Positions 17,901-28,553 of a DNA stretch of 64,000 nt are shown piece after piece (the first letter of the stretch is position 1; each line of letters opens with the position of its first letter). The position numbers were made by a program, and so were the translations under genes. The DNA is from Rhodospirillales bacterium (GTDB taxonomy: Bacteria; Pseudomonadota; Alphaproteobacteria; Rhodospirillales; UBA2165). The stretch spans positions 10,280 to 74,279 of the forward strand of contig JAJDXO010000024.1 of NCBI GenBank assembly GCA_022823235.1, read 5' to 3'. Under the pieces are notes generated by a model. The model made no database searches. It had not been told where the DNA came from and saw only the letters and a list, made by a program, of their open reading frames with translations.

Positions 17901-19691
17901 TCAGCCGGAATGTTCCCCAACCTGCTGGGGGCGCATATCGCCGGCATCTATTCCCGCAACGGGAACCGGCGCCTTCATTGCGTCCCGGCGGAACGGCTCG
18001 CCAAGCTCCTGGTTGAGTACAACCTCGACGAAGGTCGTGACACCGCTTGCCTGGGCCTCGCAGCCTTCCCTTATCGCGGCGGTAAGCTCGTCTTGCGTTC
18101 TGGCCTGAACACCTCTCAGTCCGCAACCTTCGGCGATTTTCGCATAGCTGAGATTGGGGTCCAGTTCCGTGCCGACAAAATTATTGTCGTACCATAGGAT
18201 GGTGTTTCTTTTTTCGGCGCCCCACTGATAATTGCGGAAGATGACCATCGTGATGGCCGGCCAGTCTTCACGGCCGCAAGATGTCATTTCGTTCATCGAA
18301 ATGCCGAACGCACCGTCTCCGGCAAAGCCGACGACCGGCGTATCCGGGCAGCCGATTTTCGCGCCGAGGATTGACGGGAAGCCATAACCGCACGGGCCAA
18401 ACAGCCCCGGAGCAAGGTACTTCCGGCCTTGCTCAAATGTCGGGTAGGCATTGCCAATAGCGCAATTGTTCCCGATGTCGGTTGAAATGATCGCATCCCC
18501 GGGCAATCCGGCTTGAATTGCTCGCCAAGCCTTGCGGGGTGACATCAAATCCGCATCCCGTTCGCGTGCTTCTTCGTTCCAGACAGTACCCGGGTCGTCC
18601 TCTTCGTGATCCAGACTGCTCAATGTCTGCAGCCAAGCTGATTTTGTCTGGTGGATCAGCGCCTTTCGGTCTTCTCGTCCTTTGTCTCCCGCCGAGTCAG
18701 GCAGTCGGTCAAGAATCTGCCGGGCAACCAGCTTGGCGTCCCCGCTGATTCCGACATCTACCTTCTTCGTCAAGCCAATACGATCCGGATTGATGTCGAC
18801 TTGGATGATAGCGGCGTCCTGTGGCCAGTAGTCGATACCATAGCCGGGAAGCGTGGAAAACGGATTCAGGCGCGTCCCGAGCGCGAGGACGACATCGGCC
18901 TTTGAAATGAGTTCCATGGCCGCCTTGGATCCGTTGTATCCCAGCGGCCCTACGGCCAGAGGGTGGCTGCCAGGAAAACTATCGTTGTGTTGATAGCCGC
19001 TGCAGACGGGAGCATCGAGCCGTTCGGCGAGCGCCCGGCACTCCGGAATGGCTTCTCCGATAACAACACCCGCCCCAGACAAAATTACGGGAAACTCCGA
19101 GGCGGCCAGGAGATCTGCCGCTTTGGCGATCGATTCGGCGCCGCCACCGGACCTCTCAAGGCGCACAATTTGAGGCATCTCAATATCGATGACCTGGGTC
19201 CAAAAATCCCTCGGTACATTTATTTGCGCGGGCGCAGACCCCCGCCACGCTTTCTCGATGACCCGGTTCAAAACCTCGGCCATTCTGGACGGGTCGCGGA
19301 CTTCTTCCTGGTAGCAGACCATGTCGCGGAAGAGAGCCATCTGCTCCACTTCCTGGAAACCGCCTTGCCCCATGGTCTTGTTCGCGGCCTGCGGCGTTAC
19401 CAGCAGCATCGGCGTATGGTTCCAATAAGCTGTCTTGATCGGCGTCACGAAGTTTGTGATTCCGGGACCGTTCTGCGCGATGGCCATGGCCATCTTTCCG
19501 GTGGATCGGGTATATCCGTCGGCGATGAATCCGGCGTTGGCTTCGTGGGCACAATCCCAAAATTTGATCCCGGCGGCGGGGAATAAATCCGAAATAGGCA
19601 TCATGGCGGAACCGATAATGCCGAAGGCATGTTCGATGCCGTGGTTTTGAAGCACTTTTACGAATGCTTCTTCGGTCGTCATCTTAGTCAT
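17901..19691 (-). CDS. xsc: Sulfoacetaldehyde acetyltransferase (ThDP-dependent)
   Basis: MTTEEAFVKVL, QNGPGITN, GDGAFGISMNE and NYQWGAEKRN are typical Xsc signatures. Confidence 0.95.
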   Translation of the reverse strand: MTKMTTEEAFVKVLQNHGIEHAFGIIGSAMMPISDLFPAAGIKFWDCAHEANAGFIADGYTRSTGKMAMAIAQNGPGITNFVTPIKTAYWNHTPMLLVTPQAANKTMGQGGFQEVEQMALFRDMVCYQEEVRDPSRMAEVLNRVIEKAWRGSAPAQINVPRDFWTQVIDIEMPQIVRLERSGGGAESIAKAADLLAASEFPVILSGAGVVIGEAIPECRALAERLDAPVCSGYQHNDSFPGSHPLAVGPLGYNGSKAAMELISKADVVLALGTRLNPFSTLPGYGIDYWPQDAAIIQVDINPDRIGLTKKVDVGISGDAKLVARQILDRLPDSAGDKGREDRKALIHQTKSAWLQTLSSLDHEEDDPGTVWNEEARERDADLMSPRKAWRAIQAGLPGDAIISTDIGNNCAIGNAYPTFEQGRKYLAPGLFGPCGYGFPSILGAKIGCPDTPVVGFAGDGAFGISMNEMTSCGREDWPAITMVIFRNYQWGAEKRNTILWYDNNFVGTELDPNLSYAKIAEGCGLRGVQARTQDELTAAIREGCEAQASGVTTFVEVVLNQELGEPFRRDAMKAPVPVAGIDAGDMRPQQVGEHSG

Positions 19692-19750
19692 GATTCTGGT
19701 CTCTCTGGTTGTTCCTCGATGTGTTGTACAGATTCGCCATCGGTACAAAT

Positions 19751-20644
19751 TCAACTCGCGACCGCATTAAGGTTTGCGCCCCTAGACCGGATTACCGCCG
19801 TTCCGATTTGACTTGGAACGGCCACAACCTCGACACCCGCCTGCTCCAACGCGGTTTTCTTGGATTTGTATGTCCCTTTGTCACCGGTGACGATCGCGCC
19901 GGCATGGCCCATCTTTTTGTCCTTCGGAGCGGTCCGTCCGGCGACAAACGCCACAACGGGTTTGGACATGGTGGCTGCGTACTCGGCGGCTTCCTCTTCG
20001 GCTGTGCCGCCAATTTCGCCGCACAGAACGACCGCCTCGGTCCGAGGGTCCCGGTCCAAAATTTCGAGCGCATCCCGGCTGGACGTGCCGATGACGGAAT
20101 CTCCGCCAACGCCGTAAAAAACGGACTGACCGATCCCATGCTGAACCAATTGCAGGCTGACGAGGGTTCCCAGGCTTCCCGACCGGGAGACGATACCGAC
20201 ATTACCGGGCTGAAAAACATTCTCATTGAAGGCAGGCATAATGCCGACGAAACATTCGCCAGGAACGACGATACCCGCTGTGTTCGGGCCAACTACGCGC
20301 GTTCCGTTTGTTTTGGCGGCGGCCATTATTTCCAAGACATCCTGGATGGGAATGTGTTCCGTGAGGCAAACCAGCATTTTGGCGCCGGATTCGATGGCGT
20401 CGATGGCGGCCGCTTTGGCTCCAGCTGGAGGGATAAACATCACCGCAATATCGAAACAGGATTCCCGCAAAGCCTGTTGAGCGGAACCGTATACCGGAAG
20501 CCCGAGGTGGGAGGTGCCCGCTTTCTTGGGATTGACCCCGCCTACCACGTTCGAACCGCATGCAATCATCTGCTCGGTCCAGAACGTACCCTGACGCCCG
20601 GTCATGCCTTGAACGAGGATTTTGTGTGATGAAGTTGGGATCAC
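19751..20644 (-). CDS. Succinyl-CoA-synthetase alpha-like subunit, probably sulfoacetate-CoA ligase (ADP-forming)
   Basis: VQGMTGRQG, VGPNTAG and MGHAGA (phospho-His); located between sauS and xsc. Confidence 0.8.
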   Translation of the reverse strand: MIPTSSHKILVQGMTGRQGTFWTEQMIACGSNVVGGVNPKKAGTSHLGLPVYGSAQQALRESCFDIAVMFIPPAGAKAAAIDAIESGAKMLVCLTEHIPIQDVLEIMAAAKTNGTRVVGPNTAGIVVPGECFVGIMPAFNENVFQPGNVGIVSRSGSLGTLVSLQLVQHGIGQSVFYGVGGDSVIGTSSRDALEILDRDPRTEAVVLCGEIGGTAEEEAAEYAATMSKPVVAFVAGRTAPKDKKMGHAGAIVTGDKGTYKSKKTALEQAGVEVVAVPSQIGTAVIRSRGANLNAVAS

Positions 20645-21765
20645 CTTGCCGCCTCCACTGCTGCAGTGACGGCATCGTCCATAAGGTCATATGGAGTTAT
20701 GCCCAACTCATTTTGAACAAGCTTGATGGCCTCTTCCTCACCTGTTCCGTGGATGGTGAAAAACACCGGGATGGAAGGATTAACGTCCTTCCATGCTTGC
20801 AGGAGTCCGTCGGTCATCACGTCCGTCCGGGCAAAGGCGCCGCAGAAGTTCACCAGCAAACTTTTGACAGAGGGATTGGCGAGGACAATTTCCAGGGCGT
20901 CCCTGCCTTTGGTGTAAGCGTCACCCCCAATTTCCAGAAAATTTGCGGGCGATCCGCCATAGTGAGTTACCGCGTCCATGGTCGTCATGGTCAGACCGGC
21001 GCCATTTGCCAGAATGCCCACCTCCCCTGGAAGCTCGATATATTTGAGACCCAGATCCCTAGCCCTTTGCTCAAGCGGTGTCAGTCGTTCCGGGGTCCCG
21101 CCCTCTGCAAGGGATTCTTGGCGATAGGCCGACTGATCGTCCAAGATGAACTTGCAGTCCAGCGCAATCACACGCCCATCTTCCAAGAGGCCGAGTGGAT
21201 TAATCTCGATCAACTCGGCATCGGTAGAACGGTAGGCCGTATAGAGATCGGCGATAAACTCGACGATATGTTCTTCCGAGCCAAATAGATCCAACCCCTC
21301 CAGAAGTTCATGTACTGCCGGGAGGTTGATGCCCTTTCGGATATCCACAGGCATTTGCCGCATCAGTTCCGGCGCGGTTGCAGCTGACTCTTCGATGTCC
21401 ATGCCGCCCGCCGCCGAAAACAATATCAACGGAGATTTCGTTGCCGCGTCGTTGAAAATCGAAAGGTAAAACTCAGATGTAAATCTCACTTGTTCTTCGA
21501 CCAAGACCCGCTCGACCAGCAGGCCGCCGATCTCCATGCCAAGGATGCCGATAGCATTTTCCCGAGCTTCCGGAACGGTGTTGGAGAGTTTGATGCCGCC
21601 GGCTTTTCCCCGTTTGCCGGTCGCGACCTGGGCCTTGATGACGCACGGCCCTAGACGCCCCGCAGCCGTTTCGACTTCCTCGACGGTTGAGCAAAGAACC
21701 CCCGAAGGCACGGGCAGGCCGTTTTCCTTCAGCATTCGTTTTCCGGCATGTTCGACGAAATTCAT
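20641..21765 (-). CDS. Succinyl-CoA-synthetase beta-like subunit, probably sulfoacetate-CoA ligase
   Basis: IKAQVATGKRGKAGG, EINPL and ANGAGLTM...PANFLEIGG. Confidence 0.8.
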   Translation of the reverse strand: MNFVEHAGKRMLKENGLPVPSGVLCSTVEEVETAAGRLGPCVIKAQVATGKRGKAGGIKLSNTVPEARENAIGILGMEIGGLLVERVLVEEQVRFTSEFYLSIFNDAATKSPLILFSAAGGMDIEESAATAPELMRQMPVDIRKGINLPAVHELLEGLDLFGSEEHIVEFIADLYTAYRSTDAELIEINPLGLLEDGRVIALDCKFILDDQSAYRQESLAEGGTPERLTPLEQRARDLGLKYIELPGEVGILANGAGLTMTTMDAVTHYGGSPANFLEIGGDAYTKGRDALEIVLANPSVKSLLVNFCGAFARTDVMTDGLLQAWKDVNPSIPVFFTIHGTGEEEAIKLVQNELGITPYDLMDDAVTAAVEAAR

Positions 21766-21769
21766 CAGA

Positions 21770-23200
21770 CTATTTCCCGTACCTTTCCCAGTAGCCGCCG
21801 AACAGTTCTTCTTCGGATGGTTTGTCTTCGCCGGCCGTTCGGACGAGATGGGTAATGTTGATGAAGTGCCGGTAGTTTAGATTTTCCGAGATGCTGTTTC
21901 CGGCCCAGGTTCCGCATCCCATGGACAAGGTAAAATTCAAGGCGTTGTCGAAGGAACCACCATTTCCGAACGTGTGGGCTTGGTTGACCAACACACGGAC
22001 GACAGGGAGTTCCTCTGCAAGCTCCCGGGCGTGATCGGCGTTGGCGGTATGAATGCCACAAGAATGGCCGATACCTTTTACATTTAGGATACCGGTGACG
22101 AGGTCCTTGGCGTGAGAAAAATCCTTGGCACGATAAACGGTTAAAACCAAAGAGAGTTTTTCATCGGAGAAGGGGTGCTCCTTCCCGACCTCATGATCCT
22201 CGACCATGAAGAACCGGCTGGATTTGGCGTCGTCCGGAAGCCCGGCGAGATCGGCAAAAACATCGGCGTTCTTGGCAATCATGTGGCGGTTGAGGTGCCC
22301 GTCGACCCACAAGGAATTTTGGATCAGCGCCTTCTCCTCTGACGAGGCGAGATAACCTCCAGCCCTACGAAGGGCGGCTATGGCGCGGTCGTAAACGTCA
22401 TTGAGAATGACGACCGAGTTTTCAGAAGAGCACGAGGTCGAATTGTCGAAAATTTTGGATTGGCAGATTTTCTCGGCCGCGTCAGTCAAGTCCGCGCTGC
22501 TGTCGATAATGACCGGTACGTTCCCGGCCCCTACCCCGATCGCGACCGTGCCGCTGGTGTAGGCCCTGCGTACATTGTTCTGCGAGCCGGTGCAGACAAC
22601 CAAGTCCGATTGTTCCATCAGGGCTTGCGTCAAATCCTTGGTTACCGGCGCCTGCAGCACCTGAACAAGATCCTTGGGATGACCGGAACGCTCCAGTTCC
22701 CGCCTCATGTAGTCGACGGTTTTTGCGGTCGTCGTGTATCCGGCGGGAGAGGGCGCGATAACGACGGCGTTGCCGCCTTTGAGGGCCATCATCGCCTTGT
22801 TGACGGGGGTGGCCGCCGGATTGGTTGATGGACAAACAGCCGCGACAACACCTACAGGTTTGGCATACCGGACAAGCCCTTTCTCGGGTTCATCCGAGAT
22901 GATCCCTACGGTCTTCGCCCGCAGCAGGTCGCGCAACGCGCCAAACGTTTTCCGGCTATTCTTGGTAACCTTGTCCGCAACATTGCCGAGGCCCGTATCT
23001 TTTACCGCGAGCTCGGCTAATTCCCGGCATCGTTGCGGTTCATATATCGACCAGGCGAGAGCCCGAACCGCATCGTCCACGCGATTCTGGTCATGGTTTT
23101 CATAGCTCTCCATGGCCTCGCGAGCCCGCCAGACCAATTCAGAGGTAATCGTCACCGGGTCGGCGATATCGGCTTTTTTCGCTACGGACTCCAATGTCAT
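21770..23200 (-). CDS. sauS: Acylating sulfoacetaldehyde dehydrogenase
   Basis: PSTNP, FDNSTSCSSEN (catalytic Cys), EKLS and GCGTW...SENL; context xsc. Confidence 0.88.
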   Translation of the reverse strand: MTLESVAKKADIADPVTITSELVWRAREAMESYENHDQNRVDDAVRALAWSIYEPQRCRELAELAVKDTGLGNVADKVTKNSRKTFGALRDLLRAKTVGIISDEPEKGLVRYAKPVGVVAAVCPSTNPAATPVNKAMMALKGGNAVVIAPSPAGYTTTAKTVDYMRRELERSGHPKDLVQVLQAPVTKDLTQALMEQSDLVVCTGSQNNVRRAYTSGTVAIGVGAGNVPVIIDSSADLTDAAEKICQSKIFDNSTSCSSENSVVILNDVYDRAIAALRRAGGYLASSEEKALIQNSLWVDGHLNRHMIAKNADVFADLAGLPDDAKSSRFFMVEDHEVGKEHPFSDEKLSLVLTVYRAKDFSHAKDLVTGILNVKGIGHSCGIHTANADHARELAEELPVVRVLVNQAHTFGNGGSFDNALNFTLSMGCGTWAGNSISENLNYRHFINITHLVRTAGEDKPSEEELFGGYWERYGK

Positions 23201-23421
23201 CACCAATCCTATTATTCATTTAATGGGACAAAACGTCCCACTTTATTATGTTCTAGGGCAGAAAAGTCAAGCTAAATTGGGGAAAAATCGTTGAAGTATG
23301 GTGTTTTTCGTCGTTTCGCCGAGATTTTTGAAAGTCCGGACTTCTTGCGCTTAAAATTTCAAACAAATATCAATTGAATGGCAAAAAACCATCTTTCCGG
23401 CAGCGGCAATGGTGACACCGC

Positions 23422-23465
23422 TCCCGGAACTCCGGCGCCCAAAATCGAGGCGGGGAGTTCCGGGA
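23422..23465 (-). terminator. Stem-loop downstream of tctC
   Basis: 12-bp perfect inverted repeat tcccggaactcc / ggagttccggga. Confidence 0.5.
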
Positions 23466-23480
23466 TCGGATATTGCCGGT

Positions 23481-24437
23481 TTACAGGCCCTTCAGCAGCT
23501 CGGTCAGAAAGGCTTGCCTTTCTTTCCACATCTTCTTGACCTGATCACGATTGAGTACCCGCAATGGTGATCCGCCATTTTTCATTTGCTTGGCGACACG
23601 GGCATTCTTGAACATCTCCGGCACTTTTGCGGCCAATACGTCAATGACCTCTTTCGGCGTGCCTTTGCGCACCATAATTCCACGGAAGTTCACCGAGGAG
23701 TCGTCGACATTGAAGCCCTGTTCCTTGAAAGTCGGAACGTCCGGGAGAAATTCCTTGTCGCGCTGGTTGTCGGCGATGCCGAGAATTTTAAGGTTGGAAC
23801 GGCTGCGGAAAGCATCCGACAGGTTGTTGACGCCCGCCATCACTTGACCGCCGATTACGGATTTGAGCGCCGGTGCGCCACCCTTGTGCGGGACATAGCT
23901 TAGCTTAACCCCGGTTTCCTTTTGAATCTGAAGAAACGCGATGTGGTGGCCGACGAAGAGCCCGGCGCCCGATACGGTCACCTTGCCTGGGTTGGCTTTC
24001 GCGAACTTGACTACGTCGGCCACGGAATTGAACGGGCTGTCTTTACCGACGACGAAAACGGCCGGATCAGCGCCCCAATTGGCGATCGGCTCCAGGTTAT
24101 TGATGTTGTACTTGGTCTTGAACTTGATCGATTGGGCAATGAAGTGCGGCACGTTGTAGGCGGCCAGTTCATAACCATCGGTCTTAGCCTTTGAGGCAAA
24201 GTGATTCCATCCGACTTTGCCGCCGGCGCCCGGTTTGTTGATGATGACGATGGGTTGACCGAGATATTGAGCGTTACCGGCCACCATCGTGACGATACGG
24301 GCCTGGAAATCGGTTGCCCCGCCCGCACTATAGGCAACGGTGACGCTAACCGGACGATCCGGATATTTCTGCGCAAGGGCGTCCCCTGCGAAAGCGACCG
24401 ACAGCGCGGCCGCCATGGTCATCAGTATGCGTTTCAT
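23481..24437 (-). CDS. tctC: Tripartite tricarboxylate transporter substrate-binding protein (Bug/TctC)
   Basis: Signal peptide, YPDRPVSVTVAYSAGGATD, INKPGAGG and VPHKGG. Confidence 0.88.
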   Translation of the reverse strand: MKRILMTMAAALSVAFAGDALAQKYPDRPVSVTVAYSAGGATDFQARIVTMVAGNAQYLGQPIVIINKPGAGGKVGWNHFASKAKTDGYELAAYNVPHFIAQSIKFKTKYNINNLEPIANWGADPAVFVVGKDSPFNSVADVVKFAKANPGKVTVSGAGLFVGHHIAFLQIQKETGVKLSYVPHKGGAPALKSVIGGQVMAGVNNLSDAFRSRSNLKILGIADNQRDKEFLPDVPTFKEQGFNVDDSSVNFRGIMVRKGTPKEVIDVLAAKVPEMFKNARVAKQMKNGGSPLRVLNRDQVKKMWKERQAFLTELLKGL

Positions 24438-24486
24438 TTCTAGCCTCCTGAAATCGAAAGAATGATGATGAGATTCGGAGCCGTTC

Positions 24487-24963
24487 TCATAACAACAGCC
24501 CTTTGGGGATTTGGACTTTCAACAAAAGGGTAAAAAGCCCGTACATGACGGCTGTGAAGCCGATCATTACGCCGATCCGCTTGACCCAGGTCTGGATTTC
24601 AAAATGGGAAGCGGGATCATAGAGTGAGACGATGACGAGAAATGTCAGCGCCGACGCCGTATAAAACCCGAGAAACTCAGCCAAAAAGAAGACAAAGAGC
24701 CCCATCACGGCCACACCGGCGGCTACGTTTTTCAATTTTGTTTTGGTAAAGCCCTCACCGACGTTGTCCTTGCCCAGGAACGCACGGATCAGGGCCAACA
24801 CGGAGAGCCCCACCAAGGCGATTGAGATGAGTCTGGGAAACAGATAGGGCTGCGGGTCATCGACGTTGAAGCTGACAAACGCAATCCAAAGCGAGAAGGC
24901 AACGACGATCCCAGGGGGGATTATCTGCTGCAGTCGCTGGGAGGCGCCTTGATGATCGTTCAT
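24487..24963 (-). CDS. tctB: TTT small membrane subunit (TctB)
   Basis: Four hydrophobic segments, LFPRLIS and LLKVQIPKG; 4-nt overlap with tctA. Confidence 0.82.
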   Translation of the reverse strand: MNDHQGASQRLQQIIPPGIVVAFSLWIAFVSFNVDDPQPYLFPRLISIALVGLSVLALIRAFLGKDNVGEGFTKTKLKNVAAGVAVMGLFVFFLAEFLGFYTASALTFLVIVSLYDPASHFEIQTWVKRIGVMIGFTAVMYGLFTLLLKVQIPKGLLL

Positions 24964-26489
24964 GCGGGTTCCTCCCCGACCTCGTTCTCCGTCACAGCCG
25001 TTTGCTGACGCCTCGTCCTCACCTCCATTACGATGCTGTAGCCGATCGAGGCCAGGCACAGGACATATAGGGTCACGTTCAACGGGCCGGTCAGAAAATA
25101 GGAAATCATTCCGTCGCCGGCTTGGGCGATGATCCTCCCTTGCACGTAGTTTGATTCTGCGATTGGGCCAAGAATGATGCCCAGCACCAGGGGCGCCGCC
25201 GTATATCCAAACTTTTCCAGGCAATACATGCCGAGACCGAGCGTCAGCATGACCAGGACGTCGGAAATGGAGTGCTGAACCGAATAAGACCCGAAGACCG
25301 CAAGTATCAGAATGCCGCTGGCGAGAATAGGTGGCGGCACCAATATGATTTTCGCGGCCAGACGCGCGATGTAGAGACCGAATACCAGCATCAATATTTG
25401 GCCGACAAGCATGGAATCTATAAAGGTCCACGCGACATCCGCGTGTTTGGTAAAGAGATCTGGACCCGGAAAAATGCCATGGATCAGCAAGCCGCCCAAC
25501 AACACGGCGGCGGTAGGACTTCCCGGCACGCTGAGGGTCAGCAACGGCACCAAAGACGGCCCGACCATGGCGTTGTTGGCCGATTCCGCGGCAACGACAC
25601 CCTCGCTTTCGCCGGAGCCGAACCTCTCGCGGTTGGGGCTGAATTTGCGGGTTTGGTCGTAGGAGATAATGCCGGCGATCTGTCCGCCCGCACCCGGTAT
25701 CAACCCGATGATGACGCCAACCGTGCTGCCGATGAACAAGGCGCGGACCTTGCCCAGCACCTCAAGAATGGAGTCAACGACACTGTGCTGCGCTGTATTC
25801 ATGAGGGTCATGATTTTCTTGTTTCGGCCTATCTCCAGCATCTCCACGACCTGGGGAATGGCAAATAGGCCGATCAAAGCGGCGATCACGTGAATGCCGC
25901 CGTCCAGATGTTCGGAAAAGGTGAAGCGCTCGACCCCTTGGATGGAATCCAGCCCGATAGTCGAAATCCAAAGTCCGATACAGCCCGAAAGGAGGCCTTT
26001 CACCACCGAATTGGAATCCAACGTGGCAATGACGGTGACGCCGAGAATAGCGATCCAAAAGAGATGAGAGGGGCCAAATCCAAGCGCCCAAGCCGCTAGG
26101 ACGGGTGTGAGGAATATCAGAACCAAAATGCCGACCACCCCGCCCACGGCCGAGGAGACAAAGCACATTTGCAATGCCTTTGCGGCCTCGCCTTTCTGCG
26201 CCATGGCATAGCCGTCCAAAGCGGTGGCTATGTTTGCGGGTGCACCTGGAATTCTCAGGAGTATGGCGCTTACGGCGCCGCCGGCTACCGAGGACGTGTA
26301 GGCCGCGCCAAGCAGAATGAGGCCGTGTGCGGGTTCCATTTGGAAGGTGAAGGGGATAAGCAGCGCAACCGCCATGGTGGGACTCAATCCCGGCGTCGCG
26401 CCGAGAATTAACCCGCCAACCGTTCCAATAATGAGAATCAGAAATGGGAAGGGCGAAAAAACCGCGCCGAAATAACTGACGAACTCCAT
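24960..26489 (-). CDS. tctA: TTT large membrane subunit (TctA)
   Basis: GATPGLSPTMAVALL, IPGAPANIATALDGY and ESANNA. Confidence 0.9.
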   Translation of the reverse strand: MEFVSYFGAVFSPFPFLILIIGTVGGLILGATPGLSPTMAVALLIPFTFQMEPAHGLILLGAAYTSSVAGGAVSAILLRIPGAPANIATALDGYAMAQKGEAAKALQMCFVSSAVGGVVGILVLIFLTPVLAAWALGFGPSHLFWIAILGVTVIATLDSNSVVKGLLSGCIGLWISTIGLDSIQGVERFTFSEHLDGGIHVIAALIGLFAIPQVVEMLEIGRNKKIMTLMNTAQHSVVDSILEVLGKVRALFIGSTVGVIIGLIPGAGGQIAGIISYDQTRKFSPNRERFGSGESEGVVAAESANNAMVGPSLVPLLTLSVPGSPTAAVLLGGLLIHGIFPGPDLFTKHADVAWTFIDSMLVGQILMLVFGLYIARLAAKIILVPPPILASGILILAVFGSYSVQHSISDVLVMLTLGLGMYCLEKFGYTAAPLVLGIILGPIAESNYVQGRIIAQAGDGMISYFLTGPLNVTLYVLCLASIGYSIVMEVRTRRQQTAVTENEVGEEPA

Positions 26490-26712
26490 ACCGGGCCTCC
26501 GGACACTGCGGAGCGGACTTTTTTCATTAATAAATGGGTCGCAGCGTCCTATTAATTTACAAATCGTTTTCCATATGTCAATTAATTTTTAATAAACGGG
26601 CAATTTTGGTATTAAAAATGGTCACGAGGTCAAAATTAAGACTCAAGGTGTTGGACGAGCGCCCGATAATTGATTATTCAAACCTGGGGCGACTGGGCGG
26701 AGGTGGTGATAA

Positions 26713-27492
26713 ATGGACGAAGCCGTTAAAAAGGTGGGCCGTCTTTCGGCGCTTGAAAAAGCGATTACCATCCTGGAAATCATCATAGATCAACCGCAAT
26801 CGATCGGACTTCCCGATCTCACCAGCCGAACCGGCTTGCCGCGGCAGACTCTCCACCGGTTTCTCAAACAATTGGAAGCCGAAGGCCTCATCGTCCGCGA
26901 CCCCAGCCGGGTTCGCTTCTCCATCGGACCAAGATTGGCCCGTCTTTCGATGAACGCGCTTCTTTCCACCAATCAGGACGCCCCGGTCAGAACAATCCTT
27001 CAGTCCCTGGTCGACGACATACATGAGACCTGCAATCTGGGAGTCCTGGACGGTATGGAGTTTATGTATCTGGAGAGAATCGAGACCGACTGGACTCTGC
27101 GGGTTTCGCTTCAGGCCGGCAGCCGCGTTCCCGCCCATAGTTCAGCGGGCGGAAAAATGCTGCTGGCAAACTTGCCGGGCCCGTTGCGGAAGCGACTTCT
27201 CAAAGCGGCTCCCTTAAATGCTTTCACGAAGTTCACCATTACCGACCCCGGTCAGCTGGAAGAACACCTTCAAGATATCAGGGAATTAGGCTACTCCCTC
27301 AATAATCAGGAGACCACCATCGGAATAATCGGTGTGGCGGTGCCGGTATTGGACCAGTCGGGCAAATCACTGGCGGCATTGGCCTGCCACGCACCTTCGG
27401 CCAGAGTATCCCCGGAGGAGATTATCGGGCATGTGCGCCGGCTCCGGCAAGCAGCCAAAGACATGGCGCCGGTATGGGATGACCCCGATTGA
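26713..27492 (+). CDS. IclR-family regulator, divergent from the TTT-sau operon (SauR-like)
   Basis: N-terminal HTH (LPRQTLHRFL); C-terminal PAHSSAGGK and GIIGVAVPV. Confidence 0.85.
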   Translation: MDEAVKKVGRLSALEKAITILEIIIDQPQSIGLPDLTSRTGLPRQTLHRFLKQLEAEGLIVRDPSRVRFSIGPRLARLSMNALLSTNQDAPVRTILQSLVDDIHETCNLGVLDGMEFMYLERIETDWTLRVSLQAGSRVPAHSSAGGKMLLANLPGPLRKRLLKAAPLNAFTKFTITDPGQLEEHLQDIRELGYSLNNQETTIGIIGVAVPVLDQSGKSLAALACHAPSARVSPEEIIGHVRRLRQAAKDMAPVWDDPD

Positions 27493-27743
27493 CCCCAATC
27501 TCTAATTTAGACCGTGGATCACCTATTGGGGACAGTACAAGAACGATGAAGTCCCTTGCCCAACGCATACTGTGGCGAAGGGCCGTAGGTACCTGCCCGC
27601 CATCTTCGAATACAACCCCTCGTAATCCGGCGACAAAAGCGACAACGTCTCATCATCCATCGCTCGGACCGGGCGAAGCGGATGCGTCGTCGGTCCCGGC
27701 GAAACGCCTGCCCGCTTCCGTTACAAGACCGGCGCTCCGAATA

Positions 27744-28553
27744 TCAGAGCCGGTCTTCAAGAAAGATGGCGCGAAGTTCCCCGGCCGCCTCGCGTAGCGC
27801 GGGGACATGACGCCGGACCTCTTCGAACGACATGCGATCGATCGGACCGTGCACCGCCACGGTTGCCATCAGCCGACCCCTTTCGTCGTCGACGGGTACG
27901 GCGACGGCGACCATTCCCTGCACGAATTCTTCGTCGTCCACGCCGACACGGTCTTTCGCAATTTCCTTGAGAGTGTCCAGGAGGACTTCCGGATCGGTTA
28001 TCGTGTTCTTCGTCAGGCTATCAAGTCGCAACGAGTGCGCGATCCGGCGCTGCTTCGATCTCGGCAGGGAGCTCAGGTAGAGCTTTCCGCTTGCCGTGCA
28101 GTAGAACGGCACCGTCCCGCCGACCGGCAGTTGGATGCGCAACGGCCAGCGCGTTTCGACCCGGTCGAGATAGACCATGCCTTCGCGGATGGGAATTGTG
28201 ATGTTGCAGGTCTCTCCGATCGCTTCCGAAAGGCGGCGTAGGATCGCGACCCGGGCATGTGTAAACCGTGAGAATACCGCCAGACGGCCCGTAAAGGCCA
28301 CGAGATTTCGGCCCGGAAGCAAGCGTTTCCCGTCCAGGTCCCTGGCAAACCATTCCCCGTCGAGCAGGCGCTGGCAGATTCTGTGGATGGTCGCCTTCGG
28401 AAGATTTAGCCGTTCGTTGATCGCCGTTGGCGTAAGCGGCACTCCGGCGTCCAGCAGCGCCTGAATGACCAGCAGATCCCGCAAACCCGCGGGAGGAGCG
28501 TCCCGATCCGGGGGTTGCGCTTCGTCCAACGGATTTCCAGCCACTGGCGGCAC
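27744..28553 (-). CDS. IclR-family regulator (IseR-like); start uncertain (GTG 28553, GTG 28544 or TTG 28529)
   Basis: LPKATIHRI, ETCNIT, PFYCTASGK and EEFVQGMVAVAVP; this is the coding tail of the 803-aa track ORF. Confidence 0.82.
   Translation of the reverse strand: MPPVAGNPLDEAQPPDRDAPPAGLRDLLVIQALLDAGVPLTPTAINERLNLPKATIHRICQRLLDGEWFARDLDGKRLLPGRNLVAFTGRLAVFSRFTHARVAILRRLSEAIGETCNITIPIREGMVYLDRVETRWPLRIQLPVGGTVPFYCTASGKLYLSSLPRSKQRRIAHSLRLDSLTKNTITDPEVLLDTLKEIAKDRVGVDDEEFVQGMVAVAVPVDDERGRLMATVAVHGPIDRMSFEEVRRHVPALREAAGELRAIFLEDRL

Noticed and set aside
19751-21765. TCA-cycle sucCD
   Set aside because: No mdh or sucAB context; embedded in the sauS-xsc operon.
27489-27797. 102-aa ORF between the convergent IclR genes
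   Set aside because: Low-complexity composition, no RBS or motif; at most decayed sequence.
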